Shown here piece after piece: positions 24,938-36,036 of a DNA stretch of 46,380 bases. The DNA lies in NCBI RefSeq assembly GCF_001194135.2, contig NC_068985.1:52165049-52211428 (forward strand). The letters run 5' to 3'. The position numbers were made by a program, and so were the translations under genes. The DNA comes from Octopus bimaculoides (Eukaryota). The notes beneath the pieces are model-generated. The model worked only from the letters and a program-made list of their open reading frames with translations, was not told where the DNA came from and did no database searches. The first letter of the stretch is position 1. Each line of letters opens with the position of its first letter.

Positions 24938-25011
24938 CCCTATCTATATAATTGCAGAGAGAGACAGAGTGTGTTTGTGCTTGTGTTTGTATGTGTGTGA
25001 GTTTGTGTGAG

Positions 25012-25054
<43 letters not shown>

Positions 25055-25259
25055 GAGCGAGAGAATGAGAGAGAGAGAGAGAGGGGGGGAGAGAGAGAAA
25101 GAGAGAGAGAGAGGGAAACGGAGTTAGACTGAGGGCAAAAGAAAAAATAGAACCCCAAAATGAAATTGGAACTGACCAAAAAGAAAAAAAAATACAAGCA
25201 ATTAATTTCATGTAATACATAATACCGTAACAAAAGCTAAGGTGGGGGCTCCCCCTTAG

Positions 25260-25480
25260 ACGATCGACATGCTCAAATTAGTAGAAAAACCTTTTATCAA
25301 CAAACTCTTCACGCTATAATTAATCTCGATGTTTGGTAAATCCTCGCTGTATTCTATGTAACAGCATATAAGGATTTACGCCTGAATCAGAGAGCATGCT
25401 CCTGTTTATAATTGGCATGAAAAATGCCTGATGAGGCACGAAAAGCACGGCTATCTGGTTTTGGATCGCATGTATTCAAT
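25260..25480 (+). mobile_element. Possible Penelope-like 3' remnant with a hammerhead core
   Basis: ...RKPFINK peptide (PLE C-terminal KP.IN motif), then CTGATGA (25428-34) ... GAAA (25440-43), then TCAATAA. Confidence 0.35.
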
Positions 25481-25514
25481 AAGTTTTTTTTTCCCCCTTT
25501 TAATGATAAACGTT

Positions 25515-25780
25515 AAGGCACGTGGCTTAGTGCTTCTGGTGTTGTACTCACGATTGCAATATCGCAGTTTCGATTCCCAGACCGGGTGGTGCATTGTATT
25601 CTTGAGCAAATCACTTCATTTCACATTACGTTGCAATCACTTTGACATCTGACTTATGGCACACTGAGCACCTGTACGGCCCGATGTTGATTTGATAGAG
25701 GGGTTGAGCTAATGTACAACACAAACATTTGATCACTACCAACAAATTCATCTGGTCAGCTTGATAAGTGAGTAATAAAA
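25515..25780 (+). mobile_element. tRNA-derived SINE (diverged)
   Basis: AAGGCACGTGGCTTAGTG (A box), GTTTCGATTCCCAGACCGGG (B box), TTCTTGAGCAAATCACTTCATTTCAC; AT-rich tail. Confidence 0.75.
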
Positions 25781-25860
25781 ATAAATGTGTATTGGAGAGA
25801 AATCTCAAATAAAATTATGAATACGAAACAAATGAACAATGAAATAAGAAGAATGAGTGT

Positions 25861-26015
25861 GAAGGCGTTGGTTATAGTGTGTGGCTGATAATCGTCCACC
25901 CAGCTGTAGTTACGCTGCGACGGACTGGCGTCCCATCCAGGTGAGAAGTTGTGACCTCTTCATTTATGTTCCGTGGAAACCGGGTAACTGGCCCTGTGAG
26001 TCCTTGTATTCGAGA
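25861..26015 (+). mobile_element. SINE family D fragment
   Basis: CTGCGACGGACTGGCGTCCCATCCAGG...GAAACCGGGTAACTGGCCCTGTGAGTC, shared with 4380-4460 and 22030-22130. Confidence 0.65.
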
Positions 26016-27602
26016 CAGCACTTTCTAAACAATCTCCATTGTAAAAATAAATGTTTCAAAACGCATGATTATTCAGCTTTGGTTTAAGGGTCTGAAAAAT
26101 GTGCAGAGTGTAAATATAAAAAACTATAGCTTCCTGTATGAAGACTTGAAAACATACGTGATTAATTGCTTCCAACGATTGATTACGTCTCCCAGTCAAC
26201 TAGTTCGATGATCGTTAACAGCTTGAGCCGAGCTCTCCGTACTTAAGAGCTCATTAAATAAAAAACAATTGCTTGAAATTTTGGCATAAAGCCAGTAATT
26301 TTGAGGTGAGGGTTGAAATCGCTTTAACGTAACATATGGCCAAAAGCACTTAGCATATTTACTAACGGAGGTAAATATACAGTTTTTCACCACCAAACTG
26401 ACCAAGATTGGATATTTACCTCCATTAGTAAAAAGGCCATGTGATTCTGGTAAGCAATTCTGATGAATCGCCTATATTGCCAAGTGCAATAGTAGACGTA
26501 AAACCAATGGTAATTTCTGACGGGTTACAACCAAGGATAGCACACACACACACACACACACATACACACACGTACGCACGCACACACACGCACACACACG
26601 CGCTCACACACACACACACACACACACACACAGCTGTATGGGAAAAGAACCTGATACGTTCGATTGGAAATAGACTACAGTGTTAATGTACGATGAAGTT
26701 ATCTTCCATTATGTCAATGATTACTTAATATTTCATTTGTTACGAGTATGATGAAATGAAATAGGTACCAAACAAAGTACGGGAGGTGGATAGAATCAAC
26801 CGATACCCTTCAGGTTGGTGTTCTAGCATGGCCACAGTCCAAAGCCTCACTCCAATAAAAGAAAACTTTATGTAACATTATGACAAAGGGGATATACAAT
26901 ACCACCCTTATAAATGAAACATGGCCACTGAAAACATAATTAGTACTAGGACACTATTTCAATGAAAACATCTACTAAGTGCATAGATAACAAAATCCGA
27001 ATTGTCCTCCGGGTCAAGAAACTATTATGGAGATGATGGAGGGCATCTTTTTGACAGCTAATGAGAATATCTTTTAGATTGGAGAACATGAGTAACCAAT
27101 CGCTATTGTAGCTTTACTAGGCATTCCACTCCACACCAATAGTTATCGGTGCACTGAGGTTACATAAGAAAATGTTTATATAGTAATCTAGGACGACTGC
27201 TATTCATAAAGAAACTACAGAACTGAATCACCCAACATTTAGAAACTTTGGTCGTATTAAAAATCATCGACTCTGTCGAAATTTTGACATGTAGTATATG
27301 TATGTGCAGATATATATATATATATATANNNNNNNNNNNNNNNNNNNNNNNNNNNNNNNNNNNNNNNNNNNNNNNNNNNNNNNNNNNNNNNNNNNNNNNN
27401 NNNNNNNNNNNNNNNNNNNNNNNNNNNNNNNNNNNNNNNNNNNNNNNNNNNNNNNNNNNNNNNNNNNNNNNNNNNAACAAAGCACACATACACACACGAA
27501 TATATCTGTGTATGAGTATGCAAATATATATATATATATATATATACATGTGTGTATGTGTGTGTGTGTGTATATATATATATGTGTGTGTGTGTGTGTA
27601 CG

Positions 27603-27636
<34 letters not shown>

Positions 27637-27747
27637 TGTATGTACGTACGTACGTACGGATGTATGTATGTATGTATGTATGTATGTATGTATGTGTGTA
27701 TGTATGTATGTATGTATGTACGTAAACTTGCTACCAGTTCAAATATC

Positions 27748-28937
27748 CCAGGCCGAGTAAAAAGTAAGCAATGTTTTGAAACCTGAAATTCATCACAATA
27801 TATTTGAACAATGCGGAAATTTTATTCATCAAAGTAAGTACCATTACAATCAAGACCTTTTTTTGCCAACGATTTACAAGTTTGTTTATTCCGGTAACTT
27901 AAAAGTCTGGAAATCTGGAGTTGATGAACAGCATCGGTTTGAATTTTGAACTACTCTCGCAGGAAACCATGAAGGTGCTTGAAAAGTGGTAGTCCGTAGG
28001 AGAAAGGTCTGGGGAATAAGTTGGATGGGGAAGAACTTCATAGCCAAGTTTCCTCAACTTCTGGAGCGTCATTAGTAAAACGTGTGGTTGAGTATTGTCA
28101 TGAAGAATGATTGGTCCTTTTCCGTTGGCTAGTCTGGAATGGTAGAGTAACAGTTTTTCGTTCTTTTTGGCAATTTCATGGCAATGATTCTGCAGTAATG
28201 GTTTTAAGAAGGTACAGTTGTTGAGTCCAGCAGTACACCACCAAACAGTCACCATAACCATTTTTTGAAGAACTCGGGTTTGGGGAGGGTTTTCGATGCT
28301 TCATTTTGGTCCAACCACTGCAAAGAACGATTTTTATTATTGTACATAATCCACTTTTCATCGCAAGTTAGAATACGGTCGAGAAATGGATCGGTCTGGT
28401 TACAGAGAAGAAGCGAAGAGTATATTTCATATCTGCGCATTTTCTGATTTTCATTTAAATCGTGTAGAACCCATTTGTCGCGCCTTTTTGATTTTCAGAT
28501 CGCATGCAAATGGTTGCAGGCAGTTTTCTGGCTAACTTGAACTTCTTTTTCCAGTTCTCGAGTGGTTTTACATGGGTCTTTCTCAATGACGGTCTTTAAT
28601 TGACCGTCATCGAAGACACATGAGCGTTCATTACGCTCGCGATCTTCAAGGCTCAAGCCTCAACTGTGAAATCATTTAAACAATTTTCGTGCTGACCACT
28701 CACTGGTCATTTCATCACCAAACGTTTCGTTGATATCGTGAGCAGTTTCAGCTGCTTTACGTCCTTTTTTGAAGTTGAATAGCAAATTTGCTCGAATACC
28801 ACGTTTTGCCAGTTCCATTTCAGATGATTGTAACAACGGTGAGAGTATATCAATGTCAAATTATTGATGCATATGGGCAAAAATGCGGTATAAATTCTTC
28901 ATGGTTCAAAACGTTGCTTGCTTTTTACTGAACCTGA
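27748..28937 (-). mobile_element. Near full-length decayed mariner (second family)
   Basis: TIR TA|TCAGGTTCAGTAAAAAGCAAGCAACGTTTTGAA (reverse complement of 28905-28937) versus CCAGGCCGAGTAAAAAGTAAGCAATGTTTTGAA (27748-27780), 27/33. Confidence 0.92.
27800..28818 (-). pseudogene. Mariner transposase pseudogene (Hsmar1/cecropia-like N-terminus)
   Basis: MELAKRGIRANLLFNFKKGRKAAETAHDINETFG, PFLDRILTCDEKWIMYNN, MVTVWW, ILHDNTQPH and HPTYSPDLSPTDYHF; frameshifted. Confidence 0.92.
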
Positions 28938-28939
28938 TA

Positions 28940-29018
28940 CTTGAGGCATATTTGAACCCGTAAGAAAGACATTCACATTCACTGTATTTCTTTCTTACGG
29001 GGTTGAATATGTCTCAAG
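28940..29018. repeat. 79-bp hairpin (29-bp arms, 21-nt loop) abutting the mariner end
   Basis: CTTGAGGCATATTTGAACCCGTAAGAAAG (28940-68) versus the reverse complement of 28990-29018, 25/29. Confidence 0.75.
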
Positions 29019-29081
29019 CATATCTCAGCTGGTTACAAGTTTACACTTACACGCATCAGTGCTTAACGCTACCACCCCTTG

Positions 29082-29131
<50 letters not shown>

Positions 29132-29297
29132 CACGGTGCGAGCAATTCATTGAAAAAAGGACTTATTGCAAAAGTAAAGAGTGTTATTATGAGATACGTC
29201 TAAACTATATTTCAAGCAGAAACTTTCACAAATTGCAATTCCGAGTTTACCATTATACCGATTATAAAGCACTAACAGAAATAAAATGATCGATTAT

Positions 29298-29371
<74 letters not shown>

Positions 29372-29774
29372 TCATCTTGGTTGTCTCTCGAGTGTGAGAA
29401 AGACAATTTTGATACATGGTCGACATGTGTAGACGCTCGTGTAACTTGCTAGGCCAAAGAGAAATGCACACTTACTGCATACGCTAGTTAGTTTGTGGGA
29501 GTTGTTAGCTGCCTTGCAGTATAGGTTGAGCCACGTTGTCCGGTCAAACGCAGTATGCTCCAGAATGTGGGGTTGGAACTGAGCCCATTTCAGGTTGGAC
29601 AAGACATTGTCATTATACCACTTTCTTGAGCAACCTCATGCATGATTGCTCCTCTCCAATTCATGCAGATCACATGGCCGGTTCATCCAAACGAAGCTGT
29701 ATGCCTGTATCGTTTACCTTTTAGTTGATTCAGTCACTAGACGGCGGCCATGATGGGGCAACGCCTTTAAGTAA

Positions 29775-30099
29775 CATTTGTTTTTAAGCATCAAAATGTG
29801 TATTGTACGATACAAATGAGATTTTTTTTTCGAACGCAGAATTGCTGTTCGAACAGCAGAAATACTGGGTAGATAATCCTTGCTAAGCAGAAAAATTTGT
29901 CAACAAACAGCCATGGGACTCAAACCCACATTCCTCACGACTCCGGACGAGTGCTTCACCACTAGGCTAAACTGTCCACTGTCAAAGTTATCCGCAAATT
30001 TAGACGCCAAATAGCTGTTCTAACAGCAATCTGCGATCGGAATAAACATATCGTCTTATTTGTTTCGTACAATACACGCTTGAAACAAACAAACAAATG
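29775..30099 (-). mobile_element. Inverted-repeat-bounded element with a central tRNA-like module (module 1, subtype B)
   Basis: Arms 29798-29857 and 30014-30077 are imperfect reverse complements. The centre on the minus strand reads GTGGACAGTTTAGCCTAGTGGTGAAGCAC...GTGGGTTTGAGTCCCATGGCTG (A-box and B-box-like). Confidence 0.7.
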
Positions 30100-30166
30100 A
30101 TATGTTAATTCAACTTACATTGAAAGTCAACAAAGTTTGCTTTGGAAGAGTTGAGATGTATTGAAA

Positions 30167-30394
30167 GATACAGATAAGGAAATAATTTTATTCTCAAACG
30201 CAGGATAATGTTAATAATATAGCATGAACAGGATAAACTATCCATATTTTGCAGAAAAATCAGTCGGAGGCCAGCCATGAGGCTCGAACTCACATCCCTT
30301 TCATTACGCGTCAAGTGCTTTACGATTAAGCTAAACTGACCCAACGACAAATTCTTCAAATTTAGGATATATTAATCTAGCTTTATAAGACGCT
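30167..30394 (-). mobile_element. tRNA-like module 2 (subtype A), left arm of a ~230-bp inverted repeat
   Basis: Minus strand GTCAGTTTAGCTTAATCGTAAAGCACTTGACGCGTAATGAAAGGGATGTGAGTTCGAGCCTCATGGCTGGC folds as a degenerate cloverleaf: D-stem GCTT/AAGC, T-arm GTGAG-TTCGAGC-CTCAT, loop carrying CGT. Confidence 0.75.
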
Positions 30395-30460
30395 ATCGTA
30401 CGTTAAATTCAACTTACGTTGAAAGACAAAGTTTGCTTTAGAAGCGCTTTGATGTATGAC

Positions 30461-30691
30461 AGCGTCTTATAAAGCTAGATTTATATATCCTAAATTTGCA
30501 GAAAAATTTGTCGTTGGGAGTGTTTAGCTTAATGGTAAAGCACTAGACACGTAATCACAGGGATGCGAGTTGGAATCTCATGGCTGGCCACCGACAGATT
30601 TTTCTGCAAAATGTGGATAGTTTATCCTGTTTATGCTATATTATTAGCATTACCCTATGTTTAACAATAAAATTATTTCCTTATCTGTATC
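30461..30691 (+). mobile_element. tRNA-like module 3 (subtype A), right arm of the ~230-bp inverted repeat
   Basis: Reverse complement of 30167-30394 with about 25 mismatches and one 3-nt gap. The tRNA-like core 30514-30590 is enclosed by TTTGCAGAAAAATTTGTCG (30495-30513) / CGACAGATTTTTCTGCAAA (30592-30610), 18/19. Confidence 0.8.
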
Positions 30692-30738
30692 AAACAAATG
30701 TTTGTTTATATTGATATACATTTAATGGTTCATTTAGA

Positions 30739-30945
30739 TATTTAGCACCTAAATTAGCGTGTAAATTTGTCAGTGGGCAGTTAAGCTTAATGGTAAAGCA
30801 CTCATCCAGAGTCGTGAGGGATATCGTTTAGGGTCCCATGGTTGTGTGTTGACAAATTTTTCGGATTTGTAAGGAAAATTTACCCAATATTTCTGCTCTT
30901 CTAACGTCAATACTGCGTTGGAAAAAATCATCTGATTTGTATAGT

Positions 30946-30950
<5 letters not shown>
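30739..30950 (+). mobile_element. tRNA-like module 4 (subtype B), inverted copy of module 1
   Basis: AAATTTGTCAGTGGGCAGTTAAGCTTAATGGTAAAGCACTCATCCAGAGTCGTGAGG...CCCATGGTTGTGTGTTGACAAATTTTTC...TACCCAATATTTCTGCT aligns with the reverse complement of 29798-30013. Confidence 0.7.
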
Positions 30951-31001
<51 letters not shown>

Positions 31002-31025
31002 TGTATGCATATATATCTATATACA

Positions 31026-31255
31026 CAGGGTTGGCCAAAAGTCACCTGATAGTAAATCAAAATCCCCTAAACACTATCAGTAATTCTGTATTGACACGAA
31101 TGGAGAAATGTGTCACTCAAGGACTTCAGTTTGAACAATTTTCATGATGTTTCATATTTAGATGCTATTATTAAATTCATTCAGTTGTTAAACATAAATA
31201 AATCTTGGAATTAAATGGGTTTGATTTACTGTCAGGTAACTTTTGGCCAGCCCTC
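31026..31255. mobile_element. Tc1/mariner-superfamily MITE (230 bp, 36-bp TIRs)
   Basis: CAGGGTTGGCCAAAAGTCACCTGATAGTAAATCAAA (31026-61) versus the reverse complement of 31220-55, 32/36. TA at 31256-57; the left flank is CA. Confidence 0.88.
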
Positions 31256-32162
31256 TATATATTATGTGGCAAGACTTCAACAATAACACTCGATCAGCTA
31301 AGAGAGTAAAGGTGATGTTATAATAATAAAAATCTACCCAGGCTTTCGTGGTCGAAATTTATATTTCGCCGCGCTTCACACTAAGAANNNNNNNNNNNNN
31401 NNNNNNNNNNNNNNNNNNNNNNNNNNNNNNNNNNNNNNNNNNNNNNNNNNNNNNNNNNNNNNNNNNNNNNNNNNNNNNNNNNNNNNNNNNNNNNNNNNNN
31501 NNNNNNNNNNNNNNNNNNNNNNNNNNNNNNNNNNNNNNNNNNNNNNNNNNNNNNNNNNNNNNNNNNNNNNNNNNNNNNNNNNNNNNNNNNNNNNNNNNNN
31601 NNNNNNNNNNNNNNNNNNNNNNNNNNNNNNNNNNNNNNNNNNNNNNNNNNNNNNNNNNNNNNNNNNNNNNNNNNNNNNNNNNNNNNNNNNNNNNNNNNNN
31701 NNNNNNNNNNNNNNNNNNNNNNNNNNNNNNNNNNNNNNNNNNNNNNNNNNNNNNNNNNNNNNNNNNNNNNNNNNNNNNNNNNNNNNNNNNNNNNNNNNNN
31801 NNNNNNNNNNNNNNNNNNNNNNNNNNNNNNNNNNNNNNNNNNNNNNNNNNNNNNNNNNNNNNNNNNNNNNNNNNNNNNNNNNNNNNNNNNNNNNNNNNNN
31901 NNNNNNNNNNNNNNNNNNNNNNNNNNNNNNNNNNNNNNNNNNNNNNNNNNNNNNNNNNNNNNNNNNNNNNNNNNNNNNNNNNNNNNNNNNNNNNNNNNNN
32001 NNNNNNNNNNNNNNNNNNNNNNNNNNNNNNNNNNNNNNNNNNNNNNNNNNNNNNNNNNNNNNNNNNNNNNNNNNNNNNNNNNNNNNNNNNNNNNNNNNNN
32101 NNNNNNNNNNNNNNNNNNNNNNNNNNNNNNNNNNNNNNNNNNNNNNNNNNNNNNNNNNNATA

Positions 32163-32195
<33 letters not shown>

Positions 32196-32451
32196 GAGAT
32201 GAAAATCTTAACCAATATAAACTACTGTATGTCAGACACCGGTCAACAAGATAAAACCATTTGGTTTGTTAACATGTATCATGAAGTAAACATTTCTTTT
32301 CTACTGAGTATTTTTTGTGCTAATATAAACTATTAACTCATTTAAATGTGTTACAATGCAGTACAGTACATCCCATACATTTTACAATATATATGCACGT
32401 GTTTGTAATACACTCAAGTGTATATATTTGTCTGTGTATGAGAGTGTGAGT

Positions 32452-32490
<39 letters not shown>

Positions 32491-32800
32491 TGCACACACA
32501 CATACAGACAGACATTCTCACAGATGAAGATATATATNNNNNNNNNNNNNNNNNNNNNNNNNNNNNNNNNNNNNNNNNNNNNNNNNNNNNNNNNNNNNNN
32601 NNNNNNNNNNNNNNNNNNNNNNNNNNNNNNNNNNNNNNNNNNNNNNNNNNNNNNNNNNNNNNNNNNNNNNNNNNNNNNNNNNNNNNNNNNNNNNNNNNNN
32701 NNNNNNNNNNNNNNNNNNNNNNNNNNNNNNNNNNNNNNNNNNNNNNNNNNNNNNNNNNNNNNNNNNNNNNNNNNNNNNNNNNNNNNNNNNNNNNNNNNNN

Positions 32801-32842
<42 letters not shown>

Positions 32843-33508
32843 GACACACACACATATATAGATGCATATGTCTGTATACATAGCTGGACACGCACACACA
32901 TACACACACACATATATATATATATGTATGTATATTTATAAGCATATATATATATATAAATACGATACATACATACGTATACACATATAAATACATAGAA
33001 ACTTATGCACATGGGCATGTGTGTTTAGGTATGTGTGTATGTATACACACACACACACACACACACACTCACAAACGCAGAAGCACACTTACTCACACAA
33101 CGATGCACGCATAAATATCTATTTAGGCTTTAACAATCCAAACAGACTCCTGTTCAAGATTTATGGTTAAGTACTAAAACCATCCATTTATTGGTATAAT
33201 ATGACGTTAACGGAATTTCAGTCTTCACATACCAATGTAATATATGCTTTTGTATGAAATATGCAGGTATATGAGTAAAGGGGCGTAAAACAAGGGAACG
33301 GATACGCTCTAAAGAGAAGAAGATGTGTGGAGTAGAGATGATGAAAATGAGGAGGAAGCCGAGGAGGAGAAGTTAGGGAGTTATGTTTAGGTCATAGAAA
33401 TGTATTAAAGAATAACAAAAGAATAACAATAGAAGCGAACAACACGTGTTTCTGATGGATGACTTAACAGCCTTGACTCAAATAGTACAGTTGCCTGCGA
33501 ATCGGATG

Positions 33509-33545
<37 letters not shown>

Positions 33546-33830
33546 CCTATCAAAGTTTTTCTCTTTAAAGTTTTTCTCTTTACGTTTGTGTCTCTTACTG
33601 TCTGTCTGCCTGTCTGCCTGTTTCTCTCCCTCGCTCTCTCTCCTGTCTATATCTCTATTTCTCTCTCTATCTCTTTATGTGTGTGTATATGTCTGCACAC
33701 ATACAGACGAAAAAAAAACTCAAATACACAAATGACTACTATTCTCTCAGTCATTCTTATACAAGCATGTGTGCCTATATGTGGCGTGTGTGTGTGCGCG
33801 CCCACGCGGAAGCGCACTACATTATATATA

Positions 33831-34012
33831 AAGCGGCGAGCTGGCAGAAGCGTTAGCACGCCGGGCGAAATGCTTAGCGGTATTTCGCCTGTCTTTATGT
33901 TCTGAGTTCAAATTTTGTCGAGGTCGACTTTGCCTTTCATCCTTTCGGGGTCGATAAATTAAGTACTAGTTGCGTACGGAGGTCAATCTAATCGATTATC
34001 CCCCTCCCCCAA
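33831..34012 (+). mobile_element. SINE family B, well-preserved copy
   Basis: AAGCGGCGAGCTGGCAGAAGCGTTAGCACGCCGGGCGAAATGCTTAGCGG...GAGGTCGACTTTGCCTTTCATCCTTTCGGGGTCGATAAATTAAGTAC. Confidence 0.9.
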
Positions 34013-34284
34013 TATATTTAGTATTCATGTGTGTGTTGTACTTTCTTTAGTCCTATGGTATGTTTTAGATATCATAGTCACGGCCATGCAAGAGTACCAG
34101 AATTTATGTTTCTTAAATATTCTTCCTGTACATACTACACTCATGCACAGTGTTTGAGTGTATAAATACGAACTTGTATACACTCAAACACTAAAATCAT
34201 GAAACCAGTCAACCAGTAAATGATTGATAAATATATGATTGATTGATAAAATGATTGATAAACCTTGTCTCAAGGTACACCTCA

Positions 34285-34690
34285 CGGATACTCTCAGATA
34301 CATAATCAGTGATGATTCTAGGGCCTCAGCGCTCTATCGACATTAGACCTTCTCATCCAGTTGACCCAGTAGGGATTGATCAAATTCCCGCTTGCATCTC
34401 GGAAGTAGCGGTCCTCTGGTTTACCCTCCTTTTCCAAAACCACCGAGTGGCCGTCTCTGCGTATTCAGTAATGGAATTTATAGTCCATATTTTGTTTTTT
34501 GCTGCGCTAGTAACTCTAAACCCAGACAGAACTTTGCAGACTGAACGCCCCACAAAATCCCGGCAGTTTTCTGCAGTTGTCCCGCAACGTGTCTGCCTGT
34601 CCTGGTTTCTACACTACTCTACCAGCTTGTGGTATTTGTCACGGTTCCTCAGATGCGTTCTTTCCTGGGCACAGTCATGTGTATGACGAA
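34285..34690 (-). mobile_element. HERO-like (restriction-like endonuclease) LINE 3' end, decayed
   Basis: MTVPRKERI / RDKYHKLVE*CRNQDRQTRC...NCRDFVGRSVCKVLSG...SITEYAETATRWFWKRR parallels the ELTVPWEE...KY..LV..C...GCRGF.G.S...AE.A.RWLW..R C-terminus of HERO-type elements, followed by a 3'UTR. Confidence 0.7.
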
Positions 34691-35061
34691 TCAGAGAAGC
34701 TCAACATCTTTAGGCTTAAATTATAAACAGTAAAGCCTAAACTCTAATTAACCAAAATAACCAAGGAAAGAAACTAACCCTTATCATACACTGAGAGGCT
34801 AACGTATTTTTACCAACTTATAAACCCCTGTCACAGCACTCACAATGCATCCATTAAATCTACTTTACCACCCGATTACAATTTTCTACGTACCCTATAA
34901 ACACACCCCTGATCCTTTCTACATTGACATTCCCCTCAATTTGATTAAATTTCAAGATGGTCAAAAGTATGGTTGAGTTATGTAATTTTCTAGAACCTGT
35001 GTTGGATACTCTACGAAGGTTGTTGGTGCAAAATATTTCTCTAGACAATAAATATATAAAA

Positions 35062-35125
<64 letters not shown>

Positions 35126-35212
35126 GTCTATATGTATAATTATCTGTATGCATATACATACACACACCCTTACATACATACATGCATACATCCATACATA
35201 CATGCATACATT

Positions 35213-35244
<32 letters not shown>

Positions 35245-35371
35245 CATACATACATACATACATAATGCATACGTACATACAGAAAGGCATGCATACATAC
35301 ATTCATACATACGTACGTACATACATACATACGTACATTCATATATATATATATATATATATATAATTTCG

Positions 35372-35849
35372 TTCTTTTATTTGTTTCAGTCATTTTACTG
35401 CGGCCATCCTGGAGCACCGCATTTAGTCGAGCAAATCGACCCCAGGACTTATTCTTTGTAAGCCTAGTACTTATTCTATCGGTCTGTTTTGCCAAACCGC
35501 TAAGTTACGNNNNNNNNNNAATCGACCCCAGGACTTATTCTTTGTAAGCCTAGTACTTATTCTATCGGTCTGTTTTGCCAAACCGCTAAGTTACGGGGAC
35601 GTAAACGCAGCAGCATCGGTTGTCAAGCGATGCTGATAAGGGGGAAGAACACAAACATAGACACACATACATATACACACACACACACATATATATACAC
35701 GATGGGCTTCTTTCAGTTTCCGTCTCCCTAAATCCACTGACAAGGCTTTTGTCGACTCGAGGCTATAGTAGAAGACACTTGTCCAAGGTGCCACGCAGTG
35801 TGATTGAACCCCGAACCAAGCTACTTACCACACAGCCACTTCTGCGCCT
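35372..35849 (-). mobile_element. SINE family A, best-preserved full-length copy (contains a 76-bp assembly duplication)
   Basis: AGGCGCAGAAGTGGCTGTGTGGTAAGTAGC...GGCACCTTGGACAAGTGTCTTCTACTATAGCC (CORE-like CCTTGG.CAAG motif)...CCAGGATGGCCGCAGTAAAATGACTGAAACAA. Confidence 0.92.
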
Positions 35850-36036
35850 ATGATATATATAGCGAAATGTTAGCGCCAAGCAGTGTTTAGGCATGAGCAA
35901 AATTTAGGTTAGTTGTGACATATTTCAACTGCTAAAAGGCAAATTCACTGCAGTTACCGTTGAAGAAATTATCTCTCTTATGGTAAAAAGGTGTGAAGAC
36001 ACCCGGTTTGTGCAGTGTCGCCATCTATCAGGAATT

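Noticed and set aside
30260-30590. tRNA-Thr(CGT)-like sequences as functional tRNA genes
   Set aside because: Anticodon stems are mispaired, conserved positions are mutated, and the copies differ and sit in repeat modules; treated as tRNA-derived.
35434-35595. Exact 76-bp direct repeat (35434-35509 and 35520-35595) within SINE A
   Set aside because: The copies are identical and separated by a 10-N placeholder gap, so this is almost certainly an unmerged contig overlap.
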